Shown piece after piece: positions 12,193 through 25,344 of a stretch of DNA of 43,115 bases; within the stretch, counting starts at the first letter, position 1; every line of letters starts with the position of its first letter. Position numbers and translations under genes: made by a program. Location of the stretch: the NCBI GenBank assembly GCA_020536535.1, contig JAHLWZ010000399.1:1-43115 (forward strand). The letters run 5' to 3'. The DNA comes from Pelomyxa schiedti. Lineage: Eukaryota > Protista > Evosea. Below the pieces are notes generated by a model, which made no database searches, was not told the origin of the DNA, and worked only from the letters and a program-made list of their open reading frames with translations.

Positions 12193-14717
12193 CTATGACC
12201 TTTTACGGGCTATGATTTTGCGAAGTGTGAGGAGGCACATTATCACGATGTGGGTGATGGCGGCAACAATCAACAGCAGGAGTGAGACTGACTGTAGTAC
12301 CAGGTTGACAACCACACGCTGGCACACCATCTGATAGTTCTTGGTGTTGGCCAAGGCTGTGTGGTATGTGTCACCAAGTGAACGAGCGGCTCTGTGAACA
12401 AGTGACTTGTTGTGTGCTGTGCTTGAACTAGTTGTGCTTGTGGCTGCGGTTGCGGTGGTTGTTGTAGTATTACTGGTGATTTGTGATTCTGGATCAGTAA
12501 TGGGTAGTTGTACATTTGCTAGGTCACGTTGAACAAGGTGGTGGGCTGAGAATCCGTTGGTAAAAGAAATGTAGTGAACGGGGGAAAAGGAGTACCTCTT
12601 TGAAGAAGACGGGAGAGTTGATTTGGAGTCCAGTCAGTAACCGGAAGTCTCTGCAAGGAATACAACAATTCTGGAGATATATTCAGCAGTAACGTGAAAA
12701 AAAGATACTTACCAGAAAAATCAACATTTGAAAGGCCGTTTCGTTTGAACTTCATTTTAAGTTAGAAAATAATCCCGGAATTGGAAGGGAAAGACAAGCC
12801 TTCAATTCCTTCATGCAGGTTATCAGTAGAGTGGCAGAAACGTAGACATTGAAATCCGGGAAGCCTGTCATTTGTGCCAAATACCTAATCCCCATTACGC
12901 GAAATACTGGGGAAAGTTTGGCATACGCATCCCAGATAAGCAAAGTTTGAGGTACCAGAAATTCTCTGGTCATTAGACAAACCTGTGGAATTCTTTACAC
13001 CCCGTTGAAACGAGATAAAATTTAACTGATAATAAAAAGAGAGGGAGCCTACTATCCATCTGAATGCATAGTGCCCAGGCCTGCATTCTAGCTTGTTCAA
13101 GTAGTCTGATATCTCCTCTTTTCTTGAATGAGCATAATAAAAACAGTCACGCGAAAAAAAATGGGTGTTTTTACTGTCAGCAAGGTCGATAAGATATGCC
13201 ATTTTATCCAACAAACAGGTCACTCCATTTTCAAAGTGGTCTTCCAAGAAATACTGTTCTCTTACTTGAGTTAAGCTGAAGGACAAGAGAAAAATATTCC
13301 AAAAAAATGTACCTTCATTTCGTCCATCATGTAAGACAGCAACCAAAACACATCCGCCTCCACATTTCTCAGAAAATCAGGGGAACTGTGCCTGGGAATG
13401 TTATAGGTATGCATATGACAAACAATGGATGTTATAACTGGAGGAGTTCGATGCACTTGTCACCAAGTAAGGCAATGGCAGAGACATCACCTACATGAAT
13501 AAGAGGAAATTCTACAGAGAAAATGATCAACCTTGAAACAAGGAATGTTCGGATATCATGCACAAAAGCAGCAGCAATACCCAGTCAGATAACCCTTGGA
13601 AGTAGCTCACACGCTTGTTGTGGAGGGACCACACAAGGTTGATTCTCCCCAAAATCTTTTCATTTAAGTTATTTAGTTTGCAAGGACAGTTATACGAAGA
13701 ACCTTTTGCACTTCAGGAATTCCGCAAAACACTTCAAACCCAGTTGCTAGCGTTCTTGGTAAATCAACAGAAATCTGAAAAAGGTTAGACTACAGGAAAA
13801 AGTAGTGGCTCCAACCTCCAGAAAAATTTTCTTTTTATCGGGGGGCAGAGAGTTGACACTAGAGGGAGGGCAGTCATGCACATCAACAAGATGAAAATAC
13901 AGCTCTCTTTTCCTTTGAAGACAGCTTTCTCTTTCAGATTTTTCAACCGGAATATATCCCTGACATTTTTTATTTACAGTTAGATTAAGAGTAGAATACA
14001 ACGGTTTTTGCCTACACATAGAAGCTTCCAAGCCATGGGTCTGAATTTACAAGGTACTCCACGCCAAGATAGTTGCCTGAGGTGACCTGTCATGTTCCAG
14101 AATAAGATTAAAGCTCAGGAGCCTGTTTCTAGGGGAGTAACAGCATCACCTAAGTCACAAACATCCGCTTCCAACGCACGCTGGAAGACACTATCTGAAG
14201 GTGGTCCATCAGGCAAATCAGCCTCTCCCTCGTCCTGCTCCCCATCATCTGCCATAACAATCCATCCCTCCTCAGCCCTATAATTAATACACTTATTAGC
14301 CGTATCCATGTAAAACCAAAAATTTACACAGCCAAAACCACCCATAATGCACAAACAAACACACACGCACGCACACACACCCAACAAGTACAAAAATACA
14401 AATCCACCAAACACCCACGTGTCCGCTTTCGGGGAGTCGTCGCCGTCGCCGTCGCCGTAGCCAAACGAGGGATTGCCCCCCCCACCAGGCGTCGCGAAGC
14501 CCTCGTGGGCGACGCCGCCGCGCTCCCCCCTCACGGGGACGTCCCCGCGCTGCGCGGGAGCCCCGGGGCCGTCGCCGCCGGGACGGCTGCTCCCTGCCGC
14601 CGCGGCGCCCCTCGTGCTCTCTCCTCCGCAGATAGACGCCAATGCATCCGCAACGACGTCGCACCGCACCACCACCGGCTTTGTTGCTGCGTCGCTCGTT
14701 GGCTCTGAACCCTTCAT
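12193..14717 (-). CDS. TBC-domain Rab GTPase-activating protein (TBC1D22/Gyp1-like) with C-terminal transmembrane helix
   Basis: LRQLSWRGVPCKFRPMAWKLL-GYIP, ISVDLPRT (R finger), SYFQG (Q finger), VEADVFWLLS, YAFRWI, LMTREF..LIWDAY, LQRLPVTDWT. The last exon encodes VVVNLVLQSVSLLLLIVAAITHIVIMCLLTLRKIIARKRS*. Confidence 0.88.
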
Positions 14718-15024
14718 TTCCAAAAGTTTCTGGTTGATGGGCCCACTACCTAGTTGGGTGATACACCCTACACACTACCTTAGGAAATTCCAAACTCTTT
14801 GGTTCCATTCCACTCAATCTTGAACTTCCCGTTGGGCATTTAATTGCTGGCTTGCTCAATGGGCACTACCCAGTCCTTGCAGCTCCGTTTCTAGAGTGTG
14901 ATTGTATGGCCAGGGACAGTTTTACTGGCCTCTGCCGTAGTTCTTGTAGTTGCTCCGCAATAGAGAAGAATCACACCACTGATAAGACTCTCGTTCCCAT
15001 TTGAGCTGTGTGTGATAGTGTCTA

Positions 15025-15830
15025 TCAGGAAGAATTATTTTTGTTATTATGACGAAGAACGATCTTTCTGTGGTACAACGGCGGGGGATTCAAGGAAAGG
15101 CCATTAGAATGAACGCTCCGGCCGTTCCTGTGAATGACAGAGCCGGCCATTACAACCTCACTCTCAAGAAGTTCCCTTGACTTCCCTGAAAAGGAGGCCC
15201 CAAGAAGTTCCCACCAGAGGACTACATCCACCAATAGCAAAGATACAGCCATTCCAACCTGAGAGCTGGCAATGAATAGAAGCAAATATCCCAGTTGAAG
15301 AGTCACTCCACCCAACAATGAAGCCAAGTGCACAGGAGGAGGTGTTTTCTCGTAGACATTCCAATTGAGCCTTTCCTCTTCTTTGCGGAAGTTCCAGTAA
15401 GGTTCCACAAGCAAATGACCCTTGTGAAAATGCCAATAAAAGACATTATTTGCAAACACAAACTGAAGAGTGCAGGGATCCGGCTTGTGGTTTTCATCAC
15501 GTAGAGCAAGGGAACACAGTGGCAACAACCAGCCGAAATATATGAGCCCAGTCATTATTGATACCCACTGCACCAGCAGTATGCAAGCCACTTCAGCCTC
15601 AATTACAGCAAGAAAACAGGAGTGAGGTTTTTCAAAAACTCAATCAAGGTGATACACGTCAGGCCTGTGCAACTGTGCCACCATTGGAACTTCGTTTTTA
15701 GAGACACAGTCCACGTGCCCCAGGAGGCTATTCCCCCAATAATAAATACAAGCATTCCCCCAGTAGTCCCATCCCACAAGTTGCATTTTGACAAACCTTC
15801 CAAAGGGACCGTAGGCCCCAGTCCACAACT
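15025..15830 (-). CDS. Hypothetical multi-pass membrane protein (5' end undefined)
   Basis: 188-aa ORF with several hydrophobic segments, plus upstream ORF pieces. No recognised domain. Confidence 0.4.
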
Positions 15831-16422
15831 ACGCTTGTTTAGAAATAGCTCGTTAGAGAGTCCCAAAACCAACTTGGAAAAATCAAATAATCAAAAAACG
15901 CCTGTTTTGTTACGATGGTCTCTTATCGTACCTCAGATCTCAACGACTATACGGCCTTATGGATCTCTGGATCTCTCCGCCATCGTGTTGTCGTGGTGCA
16001 TTGTTGTGGATCTGCGTTGTGGTTGGTGAACACAGTGTTCAGTCTCATCGTTGTGGACTTGTGGCAAAGTACTTGGCTTCTTGGGATGTCATCACAGTGA
16101 TTCATTTTGCACAGCAGTGCGGTATGTAATGTGTAAAATTTCTTCCTTCTTATACTTTTTGCAGAGCCCCATACCCCCCATTGACTGGTATTTGGTTGTA
16201 TCTTGACAACTCTGCTTGCTCTCTGAACTTTTTGTTGCGGACTTACTACATTGAGACTGAAGAAGAACTGAACTGGAACTACCTACCTACTTTTGGTATG
16301 TGCACCACTTGCCGTGTAAATTTAAAATTTCTTATACTCTTTGCAGCTCCCACTCCGTACCCGGCAATTGTAATGTATTATTACCTTTTGCGGCGGACTT
16401 GAGAAGAACTACCTATTTCGGT

Positions 16423-16460
16423 TGCAGTCATGCAGTCATGCAGTCATGCAGTCATGCAGT
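16423..16460. repeat. Tandem 8-bp repeat (TGCAGTCA) x ~4.7
   Basis: Direct inspection. Confidence 0.9.
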
Positions 16461-17096
16461 AACAGCACGAGGCAGGGCTGAGTTTGATTGCTCAAGAATG
16501 TGAATTTGATATATCATCTGTCTGATAATATCTCGTATAGTTCTTCTGCCCAGCTCGTTCAAGACTTTGGCACTCTATCCTTTGTTTGGACTTTTCCCCC
16601 GTGTAAACAAACAAAACACACAATGGGTGGTTCGATCTTGGTTTGTTGTTCGCACAAAAGGAAGGAACAGTTCTGAAAACTTCATCACAAAATCTTTTCT
16701 TTTTTCTTCGATTATGCTTGAGGGTTCTAACCCCGGAGGCGAAGAACGAGGTGGAGCTTGGAGCCATTGCGTATGTTGTATTCACTCAACCTTCTTCCAT
16801 CCTCCAATTCCTTACCGGCAAAGATGTACCCTTGGTTTTGAGTTTAGTTTTTTTTTTTGGTACAAGTGGAATCGTTACGTTGCTGATCAGGAGGAATTCC
16901 TTCTGTTGAAGCCACTGTCTCCTTGATCTCATATAGCAGTGAGTTCAACTTTTGTCAATTAGAATTGAGGGAAGCGTATGGTTTCATACAGAAACGGGAA
17001 GAAGTATTAGCTTGCCAGTCAAAGTTGCTATTTGGATCAACTCGGTTCGATTCTCACTTGCTGAGGTTATCCTTGGAGAACTAAAGAAGAAACACA

Positions 17097-18099
17097 CTAT
17101 GGTGACTCCTGCGGAAGGGGCATGATCATTCTTGCTATATGCAATAGCATTGGCACTGGTAAAGTAGCAAGACTGCTTGATTTTGCTAGTCGAGGAACTG
17201 TAGCACAAAGAAGTGCAAGGACTGTTTTCCTCCACGCACATGCTCTTAGATTCACAGGAAATGAAACCCGTGGAATGTTGATGTACTCTCGCAGTTGGTC
17301 GACCCCTGAAGCTCGTATTACAAGTTTGCGCAGTGCCACCTGGGAGCATGAAGTAATTTCAACCTGATGGCACAGAGTAACGAGGTCAAGAAAGTCTGTG
17401 ATCAAGAAAACCTTTAGTATTATTCTGTGTAGTTCTGAAGAATGACTTACGCGGTCTGAAGAATTCCATTTTCTCACCCTTTGTAATAGAGGAAGTAGGA
17501 GGGGGTTCACCCAGCGAGAATCCAGGAATCTCAATAGCAGAGCAAACATTCTTGACTGTTTTTGCCAATTCAATAAGCTCAGAATCCGAAAACCAAGTTC
17601 TGACATTGATGGAATCCTCAATCCTGTCAACAACGGCATCAGAACGGCCCCTGGTCCGCCGTCCCATAACTACGAGTGCGTCCAATACCCTGTCCAGTGA
17701 CTCCAGTTCCTCGCTCGTCATAAACCGAGGCAAGGAGCAATTGTTGGACTCGGCCCAGCGCCCCAGGTTCATCAGTCCCACAAGTACCTCCACGGCCTCG
17801 GCCAGCACCTCCCACGTGGCCCCGCTGGTCCCGCACCCCCTCAGTCTCTCCTCAATCCCCGCCAGATTCGGCACATCCAGCGGCAGCGGGGCCACCGGTG
17901 GGACGGCGGCAGGCTTCCCGCTCTTTGGGAAAGACTCCAAGTTGAAGTGGTACATGTAGTTGAGCGTCGTGTGCCCCGTGCTGATCCTCGCCACGAGCTC
18001 CGCCGTGCCCCCGTCCGACATCAGCGGCGCGCTGCGGATGTTGTCGGCAGCTCGCACCACCAACGACGCTGCGTCACACGTGAGGCTGGCCAAACTCAT
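17097..18099 (-). CDS. Hypothetical two-exon protein with a C-terminal F-box/SOCS-box-like motif
   Basis: ORF 17386-18099 joins the 17097 frame via a phase-1 GTAAGT...CAG intron. Ends LALLCATVPRLAKSSSLATLPVPMLLHIARMIMPLPQESP*. Confidence 0.65.
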
Positions 18100-18249
18100 G
18101 ATGTCCTTTCGCTTTGGTTTCGATGTTAATTAAATTTGATTTAGTTTCGGTGTGTATATTGTAGATGGATGAAAACTTTTTGGTTTATTAGTGGAAGGCT
18201 TGGTCAATTGATCGATCAATTAACATTCAGTTGAAGAGGGGGAATTGGC

Positions 18250-19509
18250 TTATGAATTGTGGGTACTTGGTGTTGTTTCTGTGGGTTGAGGAGTGTGTTG
18301 TGGGTGCCTCTGCCCAAATATTACGGATCCAACTCTGACATTTGTGCTTCCCATTTTGATCTTAGAACAATTTTAGTTGGAATAGAAAGTTCTGTAGCAC
18401 ATACCGCTTGGATAAAGTCAGCAGACATTCCCATGCTTAGTTCAAACTGGGCCATATCCAAATGGAGTGCTTCACATACTTTTTGCTTGCACTCGATGAG
18501 GCTCTAATAGGCAACAGTTAGCAGTGCAGCAAGCCTGCCCAAAAAACCCATACAGAGAAATCGCGTTCACTTTGGGCTTGCTCACCTATTGTCATTAGGC
18601 CTTGCAGTTTGATGTGCGGGCATGTGGTTATAATCTTCTCCGCGACACTTACGACGTTTTCCGGCATCACACCACTTTTATCTTGTGGATGTTAGAGTAA
18701 AACGATACAGGGACAGGCGAACTTGTCTCATGACTAGTGTTGACTTGGATGAAAATGTTTAGAGGGGATTTCCCTGGCCAACCTTTATCCAATCTCCTGC
18801 ATTTTCCAATACAGTCAACTACTAGTTTATGGAAAGCATACACACTGGGCAAGAGCTAAGCTATCAACAGTTTCTACCATATACAAATTTGGGGCACCTG
18901 ACAATCTAGATTGGCAAACAGATAGAAGAAAATACAATGCGAAAATTTAAACTTAAGAGAAGGGTGCGAACGAGGCGAAAATAGGGGAATGAGATGTACT
19001 TAGAAGTTGCTTCACTTTGTTAGATTGAAGGTGGCCAATAAAGTGCCACTGTATACCCTCTAAGGTTGCCAACTGTGGTAAACGTTAACAAGAGGAAAGA
19101 ACGTGTGAGGCTTAAAAAAAGTATAAAATAACAACCTCCTTTGCCTTTTCCACGAGCTCTTGCACCTAATCAAACGAGTTTAGGGTGTTAATTCCCTACA
19201 ATTTAGAAAAAAAGAAAAAACTGCAAACATAGTTCTCCCCGAAGTGGCGCTGCCCAACATCATAAGCACTTCTCACCAAATCACTCCCCTTGAACTTGGA
19301 TACTGCAACCAACCTTGGCTGCACAAGAAAAAAAGAAAAAAAAGGCAATGAATACAAAAACCGTGTTGTTCCACATACGACAGAAACGAAACTACCAAAG
19401 GCACGTGGGCTGCCTCCGCCGCAGTCCTTACTTCAGACATCACCCTCGTCATATTTTCTTTCACCATTGCGTGCTCATCATCACCGGTTGTTACCGTTGT
19501 CGCTGACAT
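18250..19509 (-). CDS. PLPBP: Pyridoxal phosphate homeostasis protein (YggS/PROSC family)
   Basis: [80 protein letters not shown]. All introns are GT-AG. Confidence 0.97.
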
Positions 19510-19829
19510 CTTCCGTTTGAGTTGTATTTATTGTGTAATGAGAACTTCAACAACCATCACACTTCTCTCATTACTGCTTTTCCAGAGTTCAGCGAACATT
19601 AAAAAAAACCGCTCCCCTAAAAGGGGGATCAGGGGATTTAGCCGGAGAGTCGCTGCGTTGATAGAGGGGCTCCAGAAGAAAAAACGATGTCAGGCCAAAA
19701 TTCCTTTGTCCCATCACTGTGTGCACACTAGGGAATAGTTTGTCATCCTTTATGACACAAACTGAACCGCGGGTTGGCAAAACTTTGTGTCTTTTATACA
19801 TTTTTCCGAATTGTGGGTGTTGAGTTTTG

Positions 19830-22800
19830 TTACACAACCGGGTCAAGAAGGTACCCAGAGGAGCTTTCATTCATTCTCCAAAACATTGTTGTACCTGGTT
19901 CAACAGTGAGTGGTGTATTGTTTTTGTTTTCTGTACCAGTAACAATTCCGTGCAGTTTTGATTTGTGTATCACTGTATAATCGGTTGCATTGACTACATA
20001 CCAATGACCCACGGAACTTCATTGACCGGGTAAGCATTTACATTAGTACTGGGGATATACCTGGCCATTAGCATTGGTGCTACAGTAGCAAGAGGCATTA
20101 GGAAGGCATTTGCTTTTCCACAGTCCGGCAAGCTTACTCTTCCTCTTTCCTCACCTTGCATATAGTTATTTGGCGAAAATAGTGCAGCAGAAAAGTACCG
20201 GAGTACATGTCAAGGCAAAACAAAATGCCTCCAGTGGCTACAAACAAGGATGTAGGCAAATGGGGACAAGTGGCCATTGTTACTAAGGGGGAGGTGGCTG
20301 TTGAGATGGAGTGAACCCAAATAGGCTCAAGTGTGGACTTGTTTACAGCTTTAACCTTGGAATTGGTTATTAGTATTTTGTTTTTATTGGAAAACGGTGA
20401 AAGATACCTTTGCACGCAAAGGTGAGTGGGAGTATGCAAAGAATACGATGTTTGGGTTTGAGGGGTGCGTGAGTTGTGTTATAGGACTCTGAGTTGTTAT
20501 GTTCTTCTCTCGTAGAAGTTTGATAGTACCTCCCAAAGACTGGAACAACGATATACGACTAATTGATGAATGTGAAAACAAAATTGAATTACAGGTTAAT
20601 GGTAAATTTCACTTGGGAGGGAAAAATCTAATACCCAACAGTTGAGGCTGTAAGAGTAGATAGCTCTCCATCATGGATCCCCACACAAACCCCCATAGAA
20701 AATTTAGTTTCAAGAGAGATAAGTTGCTTGTTACTGTGAGGACTTAAGTTAAAACTTGTCGGCGCACCTTAATGGAGCCAGTTCTAAGGTCCAGCAAGGA
20801 TACATGGCCCATTCCACAAACATACAATGCACTGTGGGCAACACAGAGAAGAAGGGAAGACGAAAATCTTGCTTTAATAGGTATTTGTGTGGCCCAGATC
20901 TTAGTGCCATTTGCCTTCCCAATATTAGTACAGAGAATTTGCTCGGGGAAACTACTTTTTGCAGGCACATTACATATCTATTCCCAGAGACAATTACACA
21001 ACTAGAGAAAGTTATTTGGGAACTCAATAAAGACTAAACTTGCCTTGCCAATAAAATCAAAGCCATGACATTTGCCTCGGCAAGTTCAGTGTAAGGAATG
21101 GACCAACACAACTTTCCAGTAATGCAATTGACTGTGTGCAATTCACCGTTTGTAGCAACAAATAAAGTCCATTGATCGACATCAAACGCCATAGAAATTA
21201 CAGATTTCTTGCATGAGGACGCCTGCGGGCTGTTAAATAAATCCTATACTCCCATGAGTATACTTTGTTCTTCAGAGAAACTTGCCACTGTTCTTCCACT
21301 GGTTGGGTCACCAATCCAGTCATGTCATAGGCTGTAACAGTGCCATTACTGCCCACAAATAGCATATTTGCAGGCGCTATCCAATAAATAAGAAAATAAA
21401 AGATGAAAATCTCAACTCACGGACTGTGCTGGGAGCTGTGACGAAAATTATTTTAAAGGCTAAAGAAGAAATTCCTTACGAGGAGGGCTGGGGGCTGTTG
21501 GAACAATACAAATCGAGGATAGAATTTAATATGAGAAAAAGAGTTTTGGCTTGTGCAAACCTGGAGGTATGCCAATCCTCGGGCTCTAGGGAAAATAAGA
21601 AAAAGAAAATGCCAGAGAAGTGTATACCACTACATCCTTATTCACAATATTTTCAAGATAGTAGCAAATTGCAGTAAATGGGGGTCTGTGAGAAGGTTCG
21701 TTATCCCAGCAGCTCCTGTGATAGAAGGTCAGTAGGCTTTATAACCATTTAGAAAGTACTCGACAAGATATCGCACACATATAGGTACTTCAGAAGGGAT
21801 ATCAGGGCGAGACCCCTTTGTCACCAAATCTGAAGGGCAAAGTCAAAAAGAACCAAAGGGAAGTTGACCTGCCTGGTATCGATGCCATATTAGTTACTGA
21901 TGCAAAAGCCTCTTGTTGAGTCAATAGCTCCCATAATACTATACGGTATAATGAGAATTTTTCTCTAACACAACGGAAAAATACAAATTCCAAAGGAGTA
22001 GACGTCAACTTTTTCTGTGTAGCGTTCATCTGAGAACATTTCAGGGGCCATATAAGATGCTGTTAAAGGATTTAGGGAAAATAAAGAAAGAATTAACAAT
22101 ACTCGTTCCAATAATTGACATGGCTCTCGTTCTACTGACAACTCTGCATGCTCCAAAATCTAGTGGAATAATTAATCACATGGTTGGACGCACAAATACA
22201 AACCAATTATTTTTGGTTGCATGTCTGCTGTGAGCTATGGATATTCAGCCAATATTAAATAAAGGTAAGAAATGTACCAAAACGTTTTGACTTGACAAAA
22301 ATAAGTATGAAAAGAGGTATGATAGAGGTACCTCTTTAAATCTCGATGGATCATTTCAAGGGAATGGAGGTAGCTCATTCCACGGGCTATACCTGTTGCT
22401 ATCGATATTGCAACAGTAGATGAAAGGCGATCTTTTAACCAGTTGAGAAAATTTTTTCCCCTCTAAAACCGAACCTCCTTTGAGAACATCAGTCAAACTA
22501 AAGCAAAGAAAGTGAATACAGAGGTGAGTGGGAGAAGGGCAACCTGTGGGGAATGAATTCAGTCACTATATACAGTGAATCTATATGTCTTGTACAAGCT
22601 CCAATGCATTTAATTACATTGGGGTGTTCCAATAAACTTGTAGATGTTATCCTTATTTACTCTAAAGCAGTAATACCTCATAATGGCAATTTCTTTACGA
22701 AATTCCTTTGGGTCCCAGCTTGGGCAATGTACAGAATATTTTTTCAAGGCCACCTCCTTGTCTTCAAAGGTACCTCTGATGAGTACTTGTTAGGAAAGGG

Positions 22801-25344
22801 AACAGTCCTTCCTGATACAGATCCCCAAAAGATACAGGCACAACAGTTGGAAGATAAACCAGGTGGCAGTATACAACTACCTGAAGACAGTGCCTGAAGC
22901 CCCCTTAGCTATCAACTTACCAGGGACTAAATCAGATGAAGGGATTTCACGGTGGCACACAAGCCGACCACTTGTCGAGAGTTCAACAAGTTCCTCCAAT
23001 TGCCTTCGGTTACGCACCTAACAGGAGTGTCAGCGTCAATATAACTTGATAAACTGGCAACAAACTAAAACTTTTATCTGTCTTCGTTCAGCTTGCCACT
23101 AAAAGAAATGTTAGGGGAGGAATGTTTCTGGAAACAACTAACAAGTAAGTGCTCAGCAGGAGTAGGTGATGCACTTGAAACTGGGGTGGTGGATGTGCTG
23201 GATTGTGTGGAAGGTGTACTTGGTATGGAACGGCAAGGACGTGGTGATTGAGGTGGTGGAGAAAGGGGAGGAGGAATGTACTCATCCAGAGGAGGGGGTG
23301 GTATATACATTTCATTTGTGATATGTGATGAAGGAGTGGGTGTTCTGATACGAGATAACAATGTGAGAGGAGGTGGGGGAATAGAACCCTCATTATTTAT
23401 ACAGGTGCTAGGTGGTGCAATATCTTGTAAAAATTCTTCAGCAAGATCTTGCAGGAATATCCCTTCGATGTCACTTGTTGGTGTGAAGAGAGCATGTGAG
23501 ACGACTTGAGTGATGGATGATCGCCTCTTAGATCGGAGAGCAAGGGGGGTTCGAGATCTAGGAGGAGGAATGTCAATCTCATGTGTTGCTAGTCTTGCTT
23601 GATCAGTATGTGGAATTACGGGTATAGGTTGGAATTGCGGTTCTTTCTCAGGGGAAGTGCGAGAGGGTAGTTGTGGTGATGTCTGGATGGTATTTTTTAC
23701 AGTTGAGGGTGAGTTGTGAGAATCCAGTGTGGGTGATGATGAAGGTTGAGTCTGTTTTTGTGGTGCAGGGGATGGGGAACGTGAAGGAGATAGAGAAGGT
23801 GAGGGTGACAGAGAGCTTGAAGAGGAGGATGAGGATGACGATGAGAATGATGCCACCGATGGCAAGGATGTTGACAGAAGAGATGCACAAGAAACAGATG
23901 CCGTGAGTGGCATGAAGGACGGAGGTTCCGCCGCAGCTTCAATAAGGCAAACATCACGGTTCGCACAACCATCGCGCTTGCCTGTGGCCAGACCCATAAC
24001 CTTCTCCCTGGTCAGAACACCCCCAAAGCCCCACAGGTGAGACGTGGATGCTGCCGAACCCATTGCCAGCGACACAGGCAAATTCCCAGTCATCTTGCCA
24101 GTCCCAATTTCCGGGCTGCCGCCACCCACAACGCCAGGCGTGTCCCCAGAGCCCGAACTCGAACAGGAGCCGGAACTCGACCCAGAGCTGCAGCTTCCGC
24201 CGTTCCCAGTGCCACTGCGAGGGCGGTACTGCCTCAGCTGAATCGGCATGGCCTCCGCAGCATCCCCGCCAGCGCCGGGCTTGCCACTGACGCCGCCACT
24301 CTCGTAAGCCCCTGCCCTGCTTCCTCCCGCGTTTCCGCGGTCACTGCTGTTGGTGCCACCACTCCCGCCGTCGTGTGGCGCGTTACTGCCAGAGTTCGGG
24401 ACACCGGCGGTCGACCGGCTTCCGCGCGCGTGGCCGTGGGCGTGCTCGCGTTGGTGCTCGTGCCCGCGCACGTGGCCGTGCGCGTGGCTGCGGCTGCGGC
24501 TGCGGCTGTGGCCGTGGTGCCGCGGGTGGGAAGTGGCGCCGGACGAGGAAGCCGCCGCCGAGGACGACGAAGTCGTGGAGTGGCGCGAGTGGGTGCGCCT
24601 GACCGGCTCACGCACGATGACGACGCCGCTGTCGGCACGGCTGCGTTGGTGGGGCAGCTTATGCGGCGGCTGCTGGGGTGATTGGTTCTGTGCATTGCTG
24701 CTGTCTACTGGTTGGGGTTCCGGTTCCTTTTCTGTGGCTGTAGTTGGTGGTTGTGGTGGTGGAGGTTGTGGAGGTTGTGGTGGTGGAGGTGGTTGTTCAG
24801 CTGTTGGTGTCTGTGCCGGTGTCTGCACAGGAGCTTCGGGTGGTGGTGGTGGTGGACAAACAGGCTCTGTTGGGGTGGGATTGTGGGAGTGGGTGGGGCT
24901 CGCGGTTGGGGTGAGGTGCCGGGACGAGGAGGAGCGGCGGGAGCGGGAGCCGCTGGCTGGGGAGGAGGAGGCCGAGGCCGAGGCGGAGGCGGAGGACGAC
25001 GAGGGGTGGCGGGGCCGCGTCGGGGACGGCATGGCCCCCAGCGGCGGCGGGCCCGGCGACGTGGCGGGCGAGATAGAGGACGGGGAGCACGGCGACGTCG
25101 CCCCGAACGACAAGGAGTCGGTGGACAAGGACAGGGCAAAGGGCAGCTGGGCCAGGGCCGCTTGCGCCTGGGCCTGCGTGGTCTGGGAGTGCTGCCTGCT
25201 GTGGTGGTGGTGCCGGGGCAGGTGGTGGTCCGCCGCCGGCTGGGCAGCTGCGTCGTCGCAGGACGAGGAAGAAGGGGGAACCCGAGCCGCCGTGCCCGGG
25301 GACGAGCTCGGCTCCCCCTCGGGGCGGCCGATTTCGTCCTTCAT
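19830..25344 (-). CDS. Tyrosine-kinase-like (TKL) Ser/Thr kinase with a ~740-aa S/P/G/H-rich N-terminus and a C-terminal PQQ-type beta-propeller
   Basis: Kinase: IAKGASGTVFRG, VALK, EIAIMS.LEHPNVI, HRDLKSQN, DFG, GTTSYMAPE, KVDVYSFG, CWDNEPSHRP. The frame continues through microexons into repeats such as LFVATNGELHTVNCITGKLCWS, NGTKIW, LLDLRTG and GILFCLDMYSG. Confidence 0.85.

Noticed and set aside
16492-17090. Extra gene or exons downstream of 17097
   Set aside because: No consistent spliced frame or recognisable motif was found.
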